Positions 13,354 through 26,067 are shown, counted from the first letter of the whole stretch. The stretch: DNA of 49,170 nt, filler included, from Jimgerdemannia flammicorona (GCA_003990765.1; 2 parts of 2 records of this genome joined end to end with filler, not necessarily neighbours in it), one strand, 5' to 3'. Translations and numbers: made by a program. Notes: generated from the sequence alone by a model not told the origin.

Positions 13354-14049
13354 CTCTAGCACTATCTGACAGTATGAAGTCCTGGGCCAAGGGTTCACTC
13401 AATCATATACTTGGGTCACATCAGAATACATCAGGTGCAATATTTCTCTGCCCATATATATAGACAACAACATCATCCCAATAATGTTTTACATTCCAGA
13501 AAGAAAGGGCACAACTTGGAAAGACAGTGGTAAAGTCTGGTATGATCTCACCTATGGTTTCAAAGTCCCAATTGCAGTCAATATAACTATCCTATTCTAA
13601 CCACTATAGTACCATTGCCTTTGAGGAGAGCTTGGACACAATAAGCATTATACTTATAATAGATAATAGGCTCATCAAGGTCTGGAACCAGTGGGTGGAG
13701 TAGTTTTTGTGAGGGTTAGGCAATCTTTTATAAGGGTTTGGCAGTTATTTTGTGTGAGTTGAGTAGTCTTTTTTAGGAGGTTGGACTGGCAGTTAGGTGC
13801 CTCTTTCTATAGTACTAGTTTAGCCATTATGCCAGGCCCTACTGGCCTCTTGGCCCTGCTCTATAGTACTGCCAGTGTAGTACTATAGCATAGGGCCAGG
13901 GTGCCTATGGGACCCAAACTGGCAATGGAGTCCAAATTTGTAGTGGACTTTGACTACTGAAAGTACTCTCTAATTGCCAGAAATACTCTCTGACCACTGA
14001 AAGTACCCTCCAATCATCAGAAGCACTCTCTGACCCAGACTCAGACTCC

Positions 14050-14620
14050 TTTATGACTTGGGGTTACCTCTTTACTGCTGACAGAGAGCTACAAATTTTA
14101 CATACTTCCTTCACTAACCTCACTAACCCCCTAGCCCAGGTACAGACTACTTGGAGGTATTCCATGCTGCTGACAGAGGGCTGGCAGAGGACTGCAAATT
14201 TTGTATACTCTCTTTACCAATCTTGTCCCCCTGCCAATCCTGTCCTCTCTACCAGTTCTATCCTAGATATCAGTGGCTTGGGGCTGCTCCTTGCTGCTGG
14301 CAGAGGGCCACAAACTTTGTATACTTTCTCTGCTAACCCCCTGGCCCAGGTATAGGCTGCTTGGGGTTATCTCTTGCTACTGGCAGAGGACTGCAAATTT
14401 TGTATACTCTCTCTGCCTACACTACCCCCTCTGCCAACTCTCTCTATCCCAGACACTTGTAGCTTGGGGCTGCCTCTTGCTACTGGTGGAGGACTGCAAA
14501 TTTTGCACACTCTCTCTATCAACCCCACCCACCAACCTGGGCACTGACAGTATAGGGTTGTCTCTTGCTGCTGATAGAGGATTGCAAATTTTGTATGCTC
14601 TCTTTACTACTATCAATCCT
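14050..14620. repeat. Minisatellite of ~85-125-bp units with a conserved ~50-bp core inside the hAT element (inverted copy at ~18390-18750)
   Basis: About 6 copies of TTGCTGCTGRCAGAGGRCTGCAAATTTTGTATACTCTCTCT; adjacent ~20-bp tandem repeats at 13955-14035 and 18765-18870. Confidence 0.8.
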
Positions 14621-15039
14621 ACTGACCACTGCCCCACTCAGGCCACAAACTCTGGGCTAAGCCCTCTTCTTAAATATTCTACAAGACCAATTAACTTATC
14701 TGTGAACTTCAGGACCCACCAAATTTTAGTGGCCTATACCCTATCAAGATTTCAGATATATATACCTAGATTATCTTAGTATTTAATATATATATATCTC
14801 TTAAGGGCAATGAGATCCACCCTATCTGAGAACATCTACTCAACAAGAGTACTAATGGCAGGAATTACCAAGTAGTCTCCAGTTATACCACACAGGCTAG
14901 AGAAGTCTATTTAATACAGCTGTAGCTACATACTCTGGTATAGTGCTCTGAACAAGTCAATTTGAAACAAATCCAGATTCAATTCATCACATAATAGTTT
15001 GATCCAAATCTCAAATCTGAAGTTATCTCAATCAACTCA

Positions 15040-15310
15040 GATTAATCTGAATTACCCTATCTGAATCACTCCATCTGAATCACCCATTCAAATTACCCCA
15101 TCTGAACTACTCCATCCAAACCACTCAATCTGAATCACTCAATCTGAATTACTTAATCCAAATCACTCAATCCAAATTACTCAATCCAAATCACTCAATC
15201 TGAATCCTCTAATTCAAATCCTTCAATCTGAATCCTCATCTGAATTCTTCAACCAAATCCTCTAATCCAAATCCTTTAATTTGAATCCTCCAATCTGAAT
15301 CCTCCACATA
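15040..15310. repeat. Subterminal short repeats (TCTGAATCACTCAA / TCCAAATCACTCAA) of the hAT element
   Basis: More than 15 tandem ~14-15-bp units next to the left TIR; hAT elements typically carry subterminal transposase-binding repeats. Confidence 0.8.
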
Positions 15311-16149
15311 ACTTATATACCAGATATATCTACATACACAATACACATACATACAAATACATATATATATATATACAAATACATATGTATATATATACAA
15401 ACATATGTCAACAGATTAGTCTTCAATAGTTCATAGTACCAATAATGCTTCAAGTTAAACATCTCCAATAGTTCCACACCTTCCATGTAATTCTCACTCC
15501 AAAATCTGGCAATATTGTGCTAAGATGAGAGATGATGTTATTTATAACTATTGCAGGTAAAAAATTTAAAAACAAAAAGAAGATGTATCTATAATATAAC
15601 TGATACTTTATTTGATACATATATGATACTATTTCATTTACCTCTATAAACTATATAGCCAGAAGTTCAAAATGCTTAGTAGTTCAACTTCGAATATATA
15701 TCGATATATAAAAGACAAGCACTCTTGACAAAATCAAAAAGAATATAGAGACAAATAAAATTGATATCCAAGCTATGGTAGGTATATTTATCTGATTGCC
15801 TGACTATTTCTGTATCAAAAACCCCATTTAATTAAAAATATTTAGCCATACTCTTTGGCAGAATTTCAAAATTGGCTCATTTACTAGATTGTATACATAG
15901 ACCAGTCATTCATAACCATCAAGAGTGATTAATTACATAGTATCTTTAGTCTCCTCAAGTATGATTTATATTTGCCAAGTACCAATACTATTCACAAAGA
16001 TATCCTGGAGGCCTATAGAAAGGAGTATGATAATCTCTACCAGATACTTCAGGTAAAATAAATAAATAAGAGCAGTACCATAATATTTACAAGCTGAATT
16101 ATATATATATATTTATAAAGAGCTCACTAATTTAATCTCACATTCAATA

Positions 16150-17530
16150 AGCAGAATTCAGCAGGTAAAATTTCATTTACAATTAACATATGGATATCTC
16201 TCAATATAATTTTATTTCTGAGCATTACTGGTTATTGGATTGATCTTAATTGGTAACTTAAATCTCTCATCCTTGACTTTGTCAAACTTACTGACTCTTA
16301 TTCTGGAGACAATATCACAGATGCTTTTATTAGTTATATCAGGAAGCTTGAGGTCACAACTAAGGTAAAAAGAGAAGGCTTATCATCAGGTTGGTATTTT
16401 GAGAGAAGTCTTAAAACAAAACAGATTTTATTAGTTATTTATTTTTATATAAATTTGCTGACTGAATATTTTAAGTATAAATTTTGACCATTATAATGGA
16501 TAATGCTACAAACAACTCAACATTTTTTCAAGTTTTAGCAGCCAGTCTCAAATAGGAAAATATGGCCTTTAGTACAGAAAGCTGCTATATGTGATGCCAG
16601 ACCCATATACTGAACCTTGCTATTCAGAACTATCTTATGCACATAGACAAAACATCTGAGAGAGAAGGGGCCCTGAGTATAGTTTCCAAGCTATGTAAAC
16701 TAGTTGTGTCAGTCTGATCATCTCTGTAATAACAAGACAAATTTACTATATAATATAGAGTAATCAGTTTCAATATTTGCAATGATCCAGTATGTGCTGG
16801 AGTTTGCTATAGTATGTATTCTTTTCTTTGGTTGACTGAAGCAACTTATTTCAAATTATTGAAGTTTTTTTTTTAAAAAAAAAAAAAAACAAAACAAAAA
16901 AAGCCAATAGATTCAATGGTTGCTGCTAATAAGGAAATATAGAGCAAGGCTCTAGGTGAAAGTGAGTGAGATGTACTTAGGAATATTATCAGAGTTTTAG
17001 AAGTAAGTAGTGATTGCTCTGGCCCTATACTCATTTTGTCTGTCTCCACATAATGTAATACCTCACTGCATATAACTGCTAGTGTTTTAATAATTGTATG
17101 AAGAATATAGTCAAACAAATGACTCTAAAAATAAGCTCTGCAATACCAGTATATAACCTTCTGATTGACCAGCTAGAGGACAAGCTTGAGGATAGGCTAG
17201 AGAGTTACAGTAATTTATAGTTAAGTCTGAATCAGAGAGACACTATAGAGGTTACTCTAAGTAAGCTCAGAAAATACTACTTCAAAACATATACTGTCAT
17301 ATATTCTATCAATATAGATATGTCAGTATATAGCTATTGCCTCTTCCAAAACAGAGAAACTCCTACAAAAACTCACTCTCTTTCTCTAAACAGTGCTGGA
17401 CCCATGCTTAAAGCTACAATGCTATAAAGATCAGAACTGGGAGCAGTACTTCATTGAGAGAACCAAGTAGGCCATAATTAAAATTTACCAGAAAAACTAC
17501 ACACTATCATAATGTTCCAACTGAAGTCTG
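16150..17530 (+). pseudogene. hAT-family transposase pseudogene (catalytic core; N-terminal part probably from ~15420)
   Basis: Decayed motifs: IWISLN..FLSITGYWIDLNW*L (first catalytic-D region), IMDNATNN, C..HILNLAIQ (CxxH). Many C>T-derived stops. Confidence 0.8.
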
Positions 17531-17632
17531 AATAAATATGCTGAGAGATTCCTCCTGTTTCACATTTACTTCAGCAGAAAGAGGAAGAGAGAGCCATCAG
17601 TGGAAGAGTTGCTATCAATCAATAAACTCACT

Positions 17633-17638
<6 letters not shown>

Positions 17639-17677
<39 letters not shown>

Positions 17678-17877
17678 GTCTCTTGGACTCCTTCCTTTAT
17701 TAATATATCAATCTATCTCATATAAATACATTGAGCCCACCCCTTACCTGATCCCCCTAGGGGGGCTCCTCCTCCCCACCCCTACTCAATGAAAGACTAC
17801 TTTGTCTAATACCATCGCCACCTGCCCACTACTCTGTTCACAGATCCCTTCCACCAGACCATGATATTGTCTACCCT
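17639..17877 (-). mobile_element. 5'-truncated non-LTR retroposon (LINE 3' end) insertion
   Basis: 36-nt poly(T) at 17639-17674; AATAAA on the minus strand ~20 nt before the tail; perfect 14-bp TSD AACTCACTATTTAC at 17625-17638 and 17878-17891; absent from the outer hAT copy (~21775). Confidence 0.9.
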
Positions 17878-20364
17878 AACTCACTATTTACCTTACCAGT
17901 GACTGCATGATCCTGTTGGAGGACATAGAGGTACTCAACTGATAGAAGGTAGGTTATCAGATAGGTGGTTAGTTGCATTGGACCAATTTAATCTACCAAT
18001 CTAACCACCATTCTAACCACTACTCTATCTACCAGAGCATATAGCTGCAGCTATGTCAAACAGACTTCCCCAGCCTATGTGGTATGGCTCAGAACTATCT
18101 GATAATTCCTGCCACCAGTACTCCTATTGAGTGGGTGTTATCAGGTAGAATAGATCTCATTGCTCCTAAGAGATATATGCTGAATACTGAGACAATTTGG
18201 ACATATATATATCTGAAATCTTGGTGGAGCTTGGGTTACTAAAATTCAGTGGGTCCTGAAGTTTGTAGATTAGTTAATTGGCCTTATAGATTATTTAATA
18301 CTTTTTAAAAATAAAAAGAAAAAAAAAACTTAAGACTTAGCCTGGAGTTTGTAGCCTAAGTAGAGTAGTGGTCAGTAGGGTTGGTGGCAGCAGAGAGAGC
18401 ATATAAAATTTGCAGCCCTCTGTCAGCAGCAAGGGGCAGCCCCAAGCTATCAGTATCTGGATCAGTGGGCAGAGTCAGTAAGTGTAGGGTCAGTAGAGGG
18501 AGTATACAAAATTTGCAGCCCTTTACTAGTAGCAAGAGGTAGCCCCAAGCTGTAAGTATCTGAGATGAGAGGGTTGGCAGAGGGGGCAGAGTAGGTGGAG
18601 GGAGTGTGCAAGATTTGTGGCCCTCTGTCAGCAGTATAGGGCACTCCTAAGCAGCTTGTACCTGGGCTGAGAGTTGGCAGGATTGGTAGAGAGAGTGCAC
18701 AAAATTTATAGCCCTCCACCAGCAGCATAGGGGCAACCCCAAGCTGCCAAAGAGTCCAAGTCCAGGTCAGAGAGTGCTCTGGCAGTCAGAGGGTGCTTCT
18801 GGCAGTCAGAGAGTACTTTTGACAGTCAGAGGGCATTTTTGGCAGTCAGAGAGTACTTCTGGCAGTTGAAGTCCACTACAGATTTAGGCTCTATTACCAG
18901 TTCAGATCCCATAGACACCCTGGTCCTGCACTATAGCACTGTACTGACAGCACTACAGAGCAGGGCCAAGGGACTAGTAGGGCCCAGTATAATAGCTAAA
19001 CTAGTATTATAGAAGAGGTGTCTGACTGCCAGCTCAATCCCCCAAAAGACTGTCTAACCCATATAAAATAACTGCCAAACCCTTATAAAAGATTGCCTAA
19101 CTCTTACAAAACTACTCTATCTGCTGGTCCCAGGCCTTGATGAGCCTGTCATCTATTGTGAATATAATAACTGTTATGTTCAAACTCTCCTCAAAGGCAA
19201 TGGTACCATAGTGGTCATGTGGTTAAAATAAGATAACTATATTGGCTACAAATAGGATTCTAAAACCATAGGTGAGGTTATATCAGACTCTACTGCTATC
19301 TTCTCAGATTGGGCTCTTCCTTTCTGGGACATAAAACATTACCAGGGTAATGTTGTTGTCTGTGTATATAGATAGAGAAATATTACATTCAATATATCCT
19401 AATGTAATATAAGCATATAGTTGAGTGAACCCTTGGTCTAGGACCTCATACTGCCAGACTGTGCTGGTGGATATCTGCTCTTAGTCCAGTCCTGGGAGCC
19501 CCAGCTTAGAAACCTACCAAAATAGATGACATCTGGTCAGTCCTTTTTATATGCAGGGGGGCAGAAACCCCCCAGGCTACAGAAACCCCCTGGGCTGCAG
19601 CATCAAAAAAGTGGAGCTCCTCATCTCATATAGTATGCTAAATTGCACTAAGAATATATATACAGCTACACTGAGATCACTACCAAGCTGACCTGCTATA
19701 TACTCTACCAATCTGCTCAAAGAACCCCAGATTATAGCTACTATTGCCATATAGACTATATTATGCTCATATATAGTTTACTCTTCAAAGGTACTTCTAA
19801 AGTTCCAATAGGGATACTGAATCTTATATATCTCTGGAATTGTATCGAAAAGAATATGTTAGTAAAGAGAGTGATTATCTAGAGAGGAGAAAAAAAAAAA
19901 GAGAGATAAGTATAGAGGATTTTGGAACTCTGGAACCCACTCTTCATCAGTATTGCAGTATATCTAATTCTTGTCCAAACCCCCCCTCCTTACTTTTTCA
20001 CCCTCTCTTTCCTGCTACTTAGTATTTGATGCATTCCTTACAAATCTCATTGATGTAGTAGTAAAGCTTATCATTGTAGAGATTCCTTACCACCATCATA
20101 ACCATCTCTCTATAATCATTAATAATGATATGTTTCTCTTCATCATTGATTACTCCTGCTAACTAATGGACCCCTTGGTTGAGAATGATTAGCTCTGATT
20201 CGAATATAGACCCCAAGCCTTGATGATAATACTGATATTACTCATACTGAACATCTTGCTCTCAAATTTCTCTATTTGATCAGATGCTGGATGTGATTGA
20301 ATTCAGATAACTTTGAACTCTCCTTTCCAATAAAACTGAGCCCTGATCTGAGGGGCTGAGATAA

Positions 20365-20600
20365 GTATGCAGATGGGTTATATGTGGGTAGGTTATATAT
20401 AGATAGATTTCATATAGACAGATTGCATGTAGACAGATTGCATATAGATGGATTGCATACAGATGGATTGTATACAGACAGATTATATGTGGATGGGTTG
20501 TGTACAGACAGATTGCATACAGATGAGTTACATATAGATGGGTTACATTTAGACAGATTGCATGCAGACAGGTTATGTGTAGATAGGTTGTATACAGATA
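20365..20600. repeat. 15-bp tandem repeat (GAYRGATTRYAYRYA-like), ~15 copies, inside the inner hAT
   Basis: Produces the DRLHI/DGLYT ORF at 20384-20632; only ~2 units at the homologous position of the outer copy (~12020-12060). Confidence 0.85.
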
Positions 20601-22167
20601 TCATTTGGGTGTTTTTAGGAGAGACCACATAAAAATGAAGTTAAATAAAACATAGAGATGGGTATTTCAGAAAAAGAGTATGAGTGAGTGAGTTGTATAC
20701 TGATAAGTTGTATAAGTTATATAAGATTGCTCATAAAGACTTACTTCTATTCCTTTTAAGACCTCTGCTATATGATGCATTGACTCAACAGCTTAGCCAC
20801 CAAAGGTATGCCTCACAATATCTACTAGCCTTTCTTTATCTTAACTAGATGTTGCAAATAAAGTCAGCAGATCTCACTATAGAGCTGTGGACCCTAAGAA
20901 AAGCATAAGGTGAATTGAGTTATGCTGGGGGAAATTAAAAAAGTAAATATAAGTAAATAAGTGGCAGTAGAATAAGCAACCTATATCTACTATCAGCTGC
21001 TCCAAAAAGGCTACCATATATATAGTTGTGAGATCTGTGAATTCTGAGGTCTGAAGGGCTGCTATAAGTTATTATCAGAATTCTCTCTCATTCTTGCCAT
21101 CACTACCATCATCACCATTGCCATCATTATTGCTACTATCATTACTACCACTATTGCCCCTTTGGCTCTTGATGAGCAGCTTGTGTGTGCTGCCCATATG
21201 AGAAAAAATCTAACATTGTTAGCAGAGAGTATATTTCTACCTTGAATACTCTCTCTTTTGACAATCATTGCAGGGTAAAAAAAATGAGTAGACTGGACCA
21301 ATGTATGACTAAGGGCTACTGTTTTGTTTACTCATAATATGGCAGAAAAGAAAAAAAAACAAAAAAAAAAGAACAAAAGAAGAGAGGGAACAAAAGAAAG
21401 AGTGATATCACCAAAGTATGGTAGGATAAAAAAACAGAGCAAAAAATGAACAAAAGAAAGAGTGATGTCACTAAAGATTTTATGTGATCAATCTGAATAA
21501 ATCAATCTGGATCAATCCAGATCAATCCAGATCAGATCATAAGACTAATCCAAGTTGATTTGAATTTATTATATGATAAATCTGAATTGAATTTCATCTA
21601 GATCAATTCCATCTGTTTAGAGCACTACTCTGGTAGATAGAGCAGTAGTTAGAATAGTAGTTAGATTGGTAGATTAAATTGACCCAATATAACTAACTGC
21701 CTAACAACCCACTTTTTATCAATTAAGTACCTCTATACTCTCTAGCAGGATCATATAGTTACTGATAAGATAAATAGTAAGTTTATCTATTGATGGTAGC
21801 TCTTCCACTGATGGCTCTCTCTTCCTCTTTTTACTGAAGTAAATGTGGGACAGAAAAGATCCCTCAGTATATTTGTCTGGACTTCAGCTGGAACCTTGCA
21901 GTAGTATATAGTTTTTCTGATATATTTCAATTATAGTCTACTTATTCTCTTAATGTAGTGCTACTTCTAGCTCTGATCTTTATAGTATTGTAGCTTTAAG
22001 CATAGGTTCAGTACTGTTCAGAGAAAGAGAGTGAGTTTTGTAGAGATTTCTCTATTTTAGAAGAGATAATAGCTATATGCTGACATACTTATACTGATTG
22101 AGTATATGACAGTATCTGTTTTAAAGTAGTATTTTCTGAGCTTACTTAGAGCAATCTCCACAGCATC

Positions 22168-24168
22168 TGTAAGAGGATTACTTATTATAGTAACTATTAT
22201 ATAGTTCTGGAAGAGTTTTCTGGAAGTTCTGGATATTCTGGAAAACTATTTTCTTAAGGTTAAGATCAATTTCATATAGATTATGTCCTCTATACTTATT
22301 AATTTCTAGATTGGATTGACATCTCAACCAAAGTCATTTTATGGACTAGTTCTGAATATTCAGGATTTTCCATATTTCAGAAAGTTTGAGAAACTAAGAC
22401 TAGCTTAGTTGAATTAGTATATCACTGTAGATAATACCCAATTAGGAAATTTTATAATATAGTTGGGAGTGGGACCTAATAGGGTTTGGATTTACTTAAG
22501 AGTGATTTGTAGATTATTAAATAGATTTATTCACTATTTATAATATTGCTATACTAGGAGTAGTTATATAAAGGGATATTGTTGAGAAGTGCTCAGGAGT
22601 TATATTTAAATTGTTCTTGCCTAAGATTCTGAGGTCTGAGAGAGGGGGTATTTATACTAATGAGAGGCTATCTGGACTATACTAAATATGGATATAGCAC
22701 TTAATACCTTACTGAGTCAGAATATAGTTATATAGTATAAGTGTAAACTGATATATCAAGAGATTGTCTGACTGCTGAGTCAGTATACAGTCATATCATA
22801 TAAAGTTAATCTAACTATACTAATGACTGCTAAGCTATCTATAGATTTAAATACTATCTAGATAGTCTTTAATGATATCATTATTAATAATATTATCTCT
22901 GATAAAGTAGTTATCTAGGAAGAGTAGTTCTTGGATTACTTCTCTCTGTTCACTCAGATAATAATATATTGAGACCTTATTACCATCTCATAAGATAGTA
23001 TCATCTGTCTCATATACTGGATATAAAGTTAGTGAGTAGAGAAGGGGTATATTATCTTTGTATTCATCAGATTTGCTGTCTGTATATCTTCTATAAGTTA
23101 TAGTACTATATGTTGCTAGATTGTAGTAAACTGGTGGCTATGCTTCATATCACTCATACTTGGGTAGTGAAGTTATTGGTTCAATCTTGAGGGTTGTCTG
23201 GAGATATAGATTGTATTCTCCAGTCTCTTTATTGTAGTTGAAATAATTGGAGTTAAATATAAGTTGATACTCATATCAGTAGTCATTATCCCAATAGATC
23301 TTGTAGGTAATTATGAATTATTATAAGTTCATTAGTAAGATTGATAGGGTGACTAGGGTTGATAGAGATCCTTAGCTGGAGGTCATGTTGATATCAGAGA
23401 GATCATTATCTTCTATATCATTATTATCAAACTAGATTATATCATAGATATCCTTCATAATATATCCAACTTGAGGTATTTGTAGGATGTGATCATCAGG
23501 GTATAGAAAGGTTCTGTCTGTAGTTTGAATATACTCAATATACTTATAATTGAGTTCTTATACCATATCATCAATTTGGCCAATGGACAGAGTGTCAACT
23601 ATTTCAGTAGTAGTAACTCAGAGGTAGAAAATAAAGGTACTATACTCATAAAAGAGTTCTCAGTATTTATTGCTGATGAGTTTCTGGTATTGAGACATCT
23701 GAATAATGTCTGTATCATAGTAGTATTCAACAATATCTTCTAGAAGGCAGCTGATCTGATAGTAGCTTGAGATTTGTCCAATTTGGTGAGCTTTACTGAA
23801 TATGTTCAAGACATTCCATCAGACTTCTATAAAGTAGAAAGGTACTAGACTATGGATATTTATAAGGAGCAGAGAGGTGTGACTTAGTTGACAATGGTAT
23901 TCCAAATATCAGCAAAATACAGTTGTAGATCTTGGTGATTATAGTTGTGTATATGTTTAATAGTATCTGAATGCTTAGTATATATATTCAGTCCTAATTG
24001 ATAAGATTCCATTTATACATATAAATCTTGTATTCTGTGACTTCAAGTTGACTCAGCTTTGTACTCTGTGACTTCAGATTGACTCAGCTTCATGATCTTA
24101 TATATAATTTCCAGATTTTATCTAAGGGTGATATGCAATTTTGGTAGCTTGAAGGTTGTATACTTATT
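22168..24168 (-). mobile_element. Fragment of a third LTR-retroelement-like family (C), inserted in the outer hAT
   Basis: Interrupts hAT homology between 22167 and 24169. Begins TGTAAG and has a minus-strand TATAAATACCCC box at ~22650 like the A and B LTRs. 22168-23417 is homologous to 46192-47428. The far end lacks a canonical CA. Confidence 0.7.
23540..23820 (-). pseudogene. Decayed homolog of the ORF3 protein of elements A/B (family C)
   Basis: Manual translation WNVLNIFSKAHQIGQISSYYQISCLLEDIVEYYYDTDIIQMSQYQKLISNKY*ELFYEYSTFIFYL*VTTTEIVDTLSIGQIDDMV* aligns with ORF3-B (Q[ML]S..Q..I......LF.E....I..LR..T). Confidence 0.65.
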
Positions 24169-24535
24169 GTGTCTCTCTAATCCAAGCTTAACTATAAATT
24201 ACCACAACTTTTCAGCCTATTCTTAAGCTTGTCCTCTAGCTGGTCAATCAAAAGATTATATATTGATATTGCAGAGCTTATTATCAGGGTGGTTTGTTTG
24301 ACTATATCCTTCATACAATTGTCAAAATACTGGCAGTTATATATAGTGAGATATTATATTATATAGAGGCAGACAAAATAAGTATAGGGCCAGAGCAATT
24401 ACTACTTACTTCTAAAACTCTGACAATATTTCTATGTACATTCCACTTGCTTTCATCTGTAGCCTCACTCTGCATTTCTCTATTGGTAGCAACCATTGAA
24501 TCTATTGACTTTTTTTGTTTTGTTTTTAAAAAAAA

Positions 24536-24635
24536 NNNNNNNNNNNNNNNNNNNNNNNNNNNNNNNNNNNNNNNNNNNNTTAATTAATTAANNNNNNNNN
24601 NNNNNNNNNNNNNNNNNNNNNNNNNNNNNNNNNNN
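24536..24635. other. Artificial assembly gap/linker (N44-TTAATTAATTAA-N44)
   Basis: 100-nt N run with a six-frame-stop linker at 24580-24591; the hAT copy does not continue on the far side. Confidence 0.97.
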
Positions 24636-24724
24636 TAAGAGTTATATTTATATTAGTAAATTATATTAGAAATAGTAATACTATAACTCTAATAGTATAG
24701 AAAACTTAGTTGTAAACTAACTAT

Positions 24725-26067
24725 TATAATGTGCCAGCTCAATGGAGGCAAATTACAAGGTTGGGAGTTGATGTAGTTTGGCTTGAGCCCCCAGTTACTT
24801 TGTCAAAAAGCAACAAAATGTTCTTGGTGTTTAGCGGTATAATAGTCAAGATCTGGATACTGTGCAAGCGGTTTCCTTTTTGGGATAGTTCTCTGGGTGT
24901 AGCGGCGATTTGTGTGTAAATGGACTTCCTTCTTGGGTCAACTGGGAATGGTATAATTTGTGTGGCATGAGCAGTTTCCTTCTTGAGTGGCGGGTGATTT
25001 CTGTGTAGCGCGACGATCTTGTGCGCGATGGTCTGGCAATTTAGCGGTTCTTCTTATGTGATTTCTGCATGACGATCTCTGTATAGTGCGATGGGTTCCT
25101 TATGTGGGACATTCTGATAATTTCGGCGGATAACTCGATTTGGCTCACTGGGAATTGTATGGCGTGGGTTCTGGAAATAATGCTGGCAGTAGATATCTCA
25201 ATAACTCGGGCTCACTGGGAACAACAAATAACTCGGACGGCGCAGATTCTTCCTGAATCAGCTTCGACTGGGAATACTATTCGGATGGCATGGATTCTTC
25301 TGAATTGGGCTCTTCTGGGAATGCGGATAACTTGAAAATGGTGGATGATGCGGATTTGGCAGGCTTCTTGAAAACGGCGGCTTAACTGGGAATTAACTCG
25401 GATGGCGCAGATTCTTCCTGAATCAGTGGAATTCTAACTGGGAAATGGTGGTGAAGTTCTTTCTTGAACTTGGGCAGCAAACTTCAGGCTTATCTGGCAA
25501 GCGAACCAATAGTTCCAAAGGCGGCAAAGTTCTTCCTTGAACTTGGCAGCAAATCTTCAAGCTTTGTATTGGAAAGTGGACCGGAGTGGAAGAGAAGAGA
25601 ACCAAGCTCACAACTTCTTGGCGGTGGCTCGTTGGCAGGCATATCTCTTAAGTATTGCAATCCTTCCTGGATCAAGTGGCTTTTGGCAGGCATTTCTCCT
25701 AAGTGTACCAGACAATTGACTTTTGCTTTGGTTTGTATTCAACTTTCGAACTGAGGTTTTTATTCACTCTCGCCTCTGGGGTAATTTATACAAGTTGGTT
25801 GCTATCTGGTTACTATGTGGCTAACTATAGATCTGCTTCTTATGGCAGGTGTACAGAGTCTGTACGGTGTACAGGACCTGTACAGTGTACAGAGTCTGTA
25901 TGGTGTACAGAGTCTGTACAGGTAAACAGACCCTTTCTGGTATGTCTGGCTATTTATACAGTTTTCCGCAGCAAGAGTTGCTGGTTACTAAGCTGAGTGT
26001 TCATGTCATCTTGTTTGCGTCATCTGGTATAAGATATGATTCGGGTGGTACATGTTGACTCATTACA
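24725..26067 (-). repeat. 3' LTR of element A
   Basis: TATAAT(decayed TGTAAT)...CATTACA; direct repeat of 33663-35005; minus-strand TATA at ~25790 with AATAAA ~25 nt downstream. Confidence 0.95.

Larger units (their letters stand above)
14941..21627 (+). mobile_element. Inner full-length hAT DNA transposon (6.7 kb), decayed
   Basis: TIRs TAGTGCTCTGAACA / TGTTTAGAGCACTA; perfect 8-bp TSD CTCTGGTA at 14933-14940 and 21628-21635; transposase remnant and subterminal repeats inside. Confidence 0.93.
10916..24535 (-). mobile_element. Outer hAT DNA transposon copy (reverse orientation), host to nested insertions, truncated at the assembly gap
   Basis: Starts with TIR TAGTGCTCTGAA. 10916-14940 is the reverse complement of ~18028-21627, and 21628-22167 plus 24169-24535 are the reverse complement of ~16875-18035. 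Confidence 0.88.

Noticed and set aside
14050..14620. Repeat-spacer-like array resembling CRISPR
   Set aside because: Repeats are degenerate, the spacers are related to each other, the array sits inside a eukaryotic hAT element with a second copy at 18390-18750, and there are no cas genes. It is a minisatellite.
20384..20632. Pentapeptide-repeat protein (DRLHI repeats)
   Set aside because: It is the translation of a 15-bp tandem repeat that is collapsed in the sister copy.
22163..24173. TSD for the family C insertion (GCATC / GTGTC)
   Set aside because: Could be a CpG-decayed GCGTC duplication, but the right end lacks an LTR and terminal CA, so it is not claimed.
24731..26058. Duplicated small plus-strand ORFs (also at 33669-34996)
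   Set aside because: They lie in the LTRs; duplication reflects LTR identity, and several differ in stops between copies.
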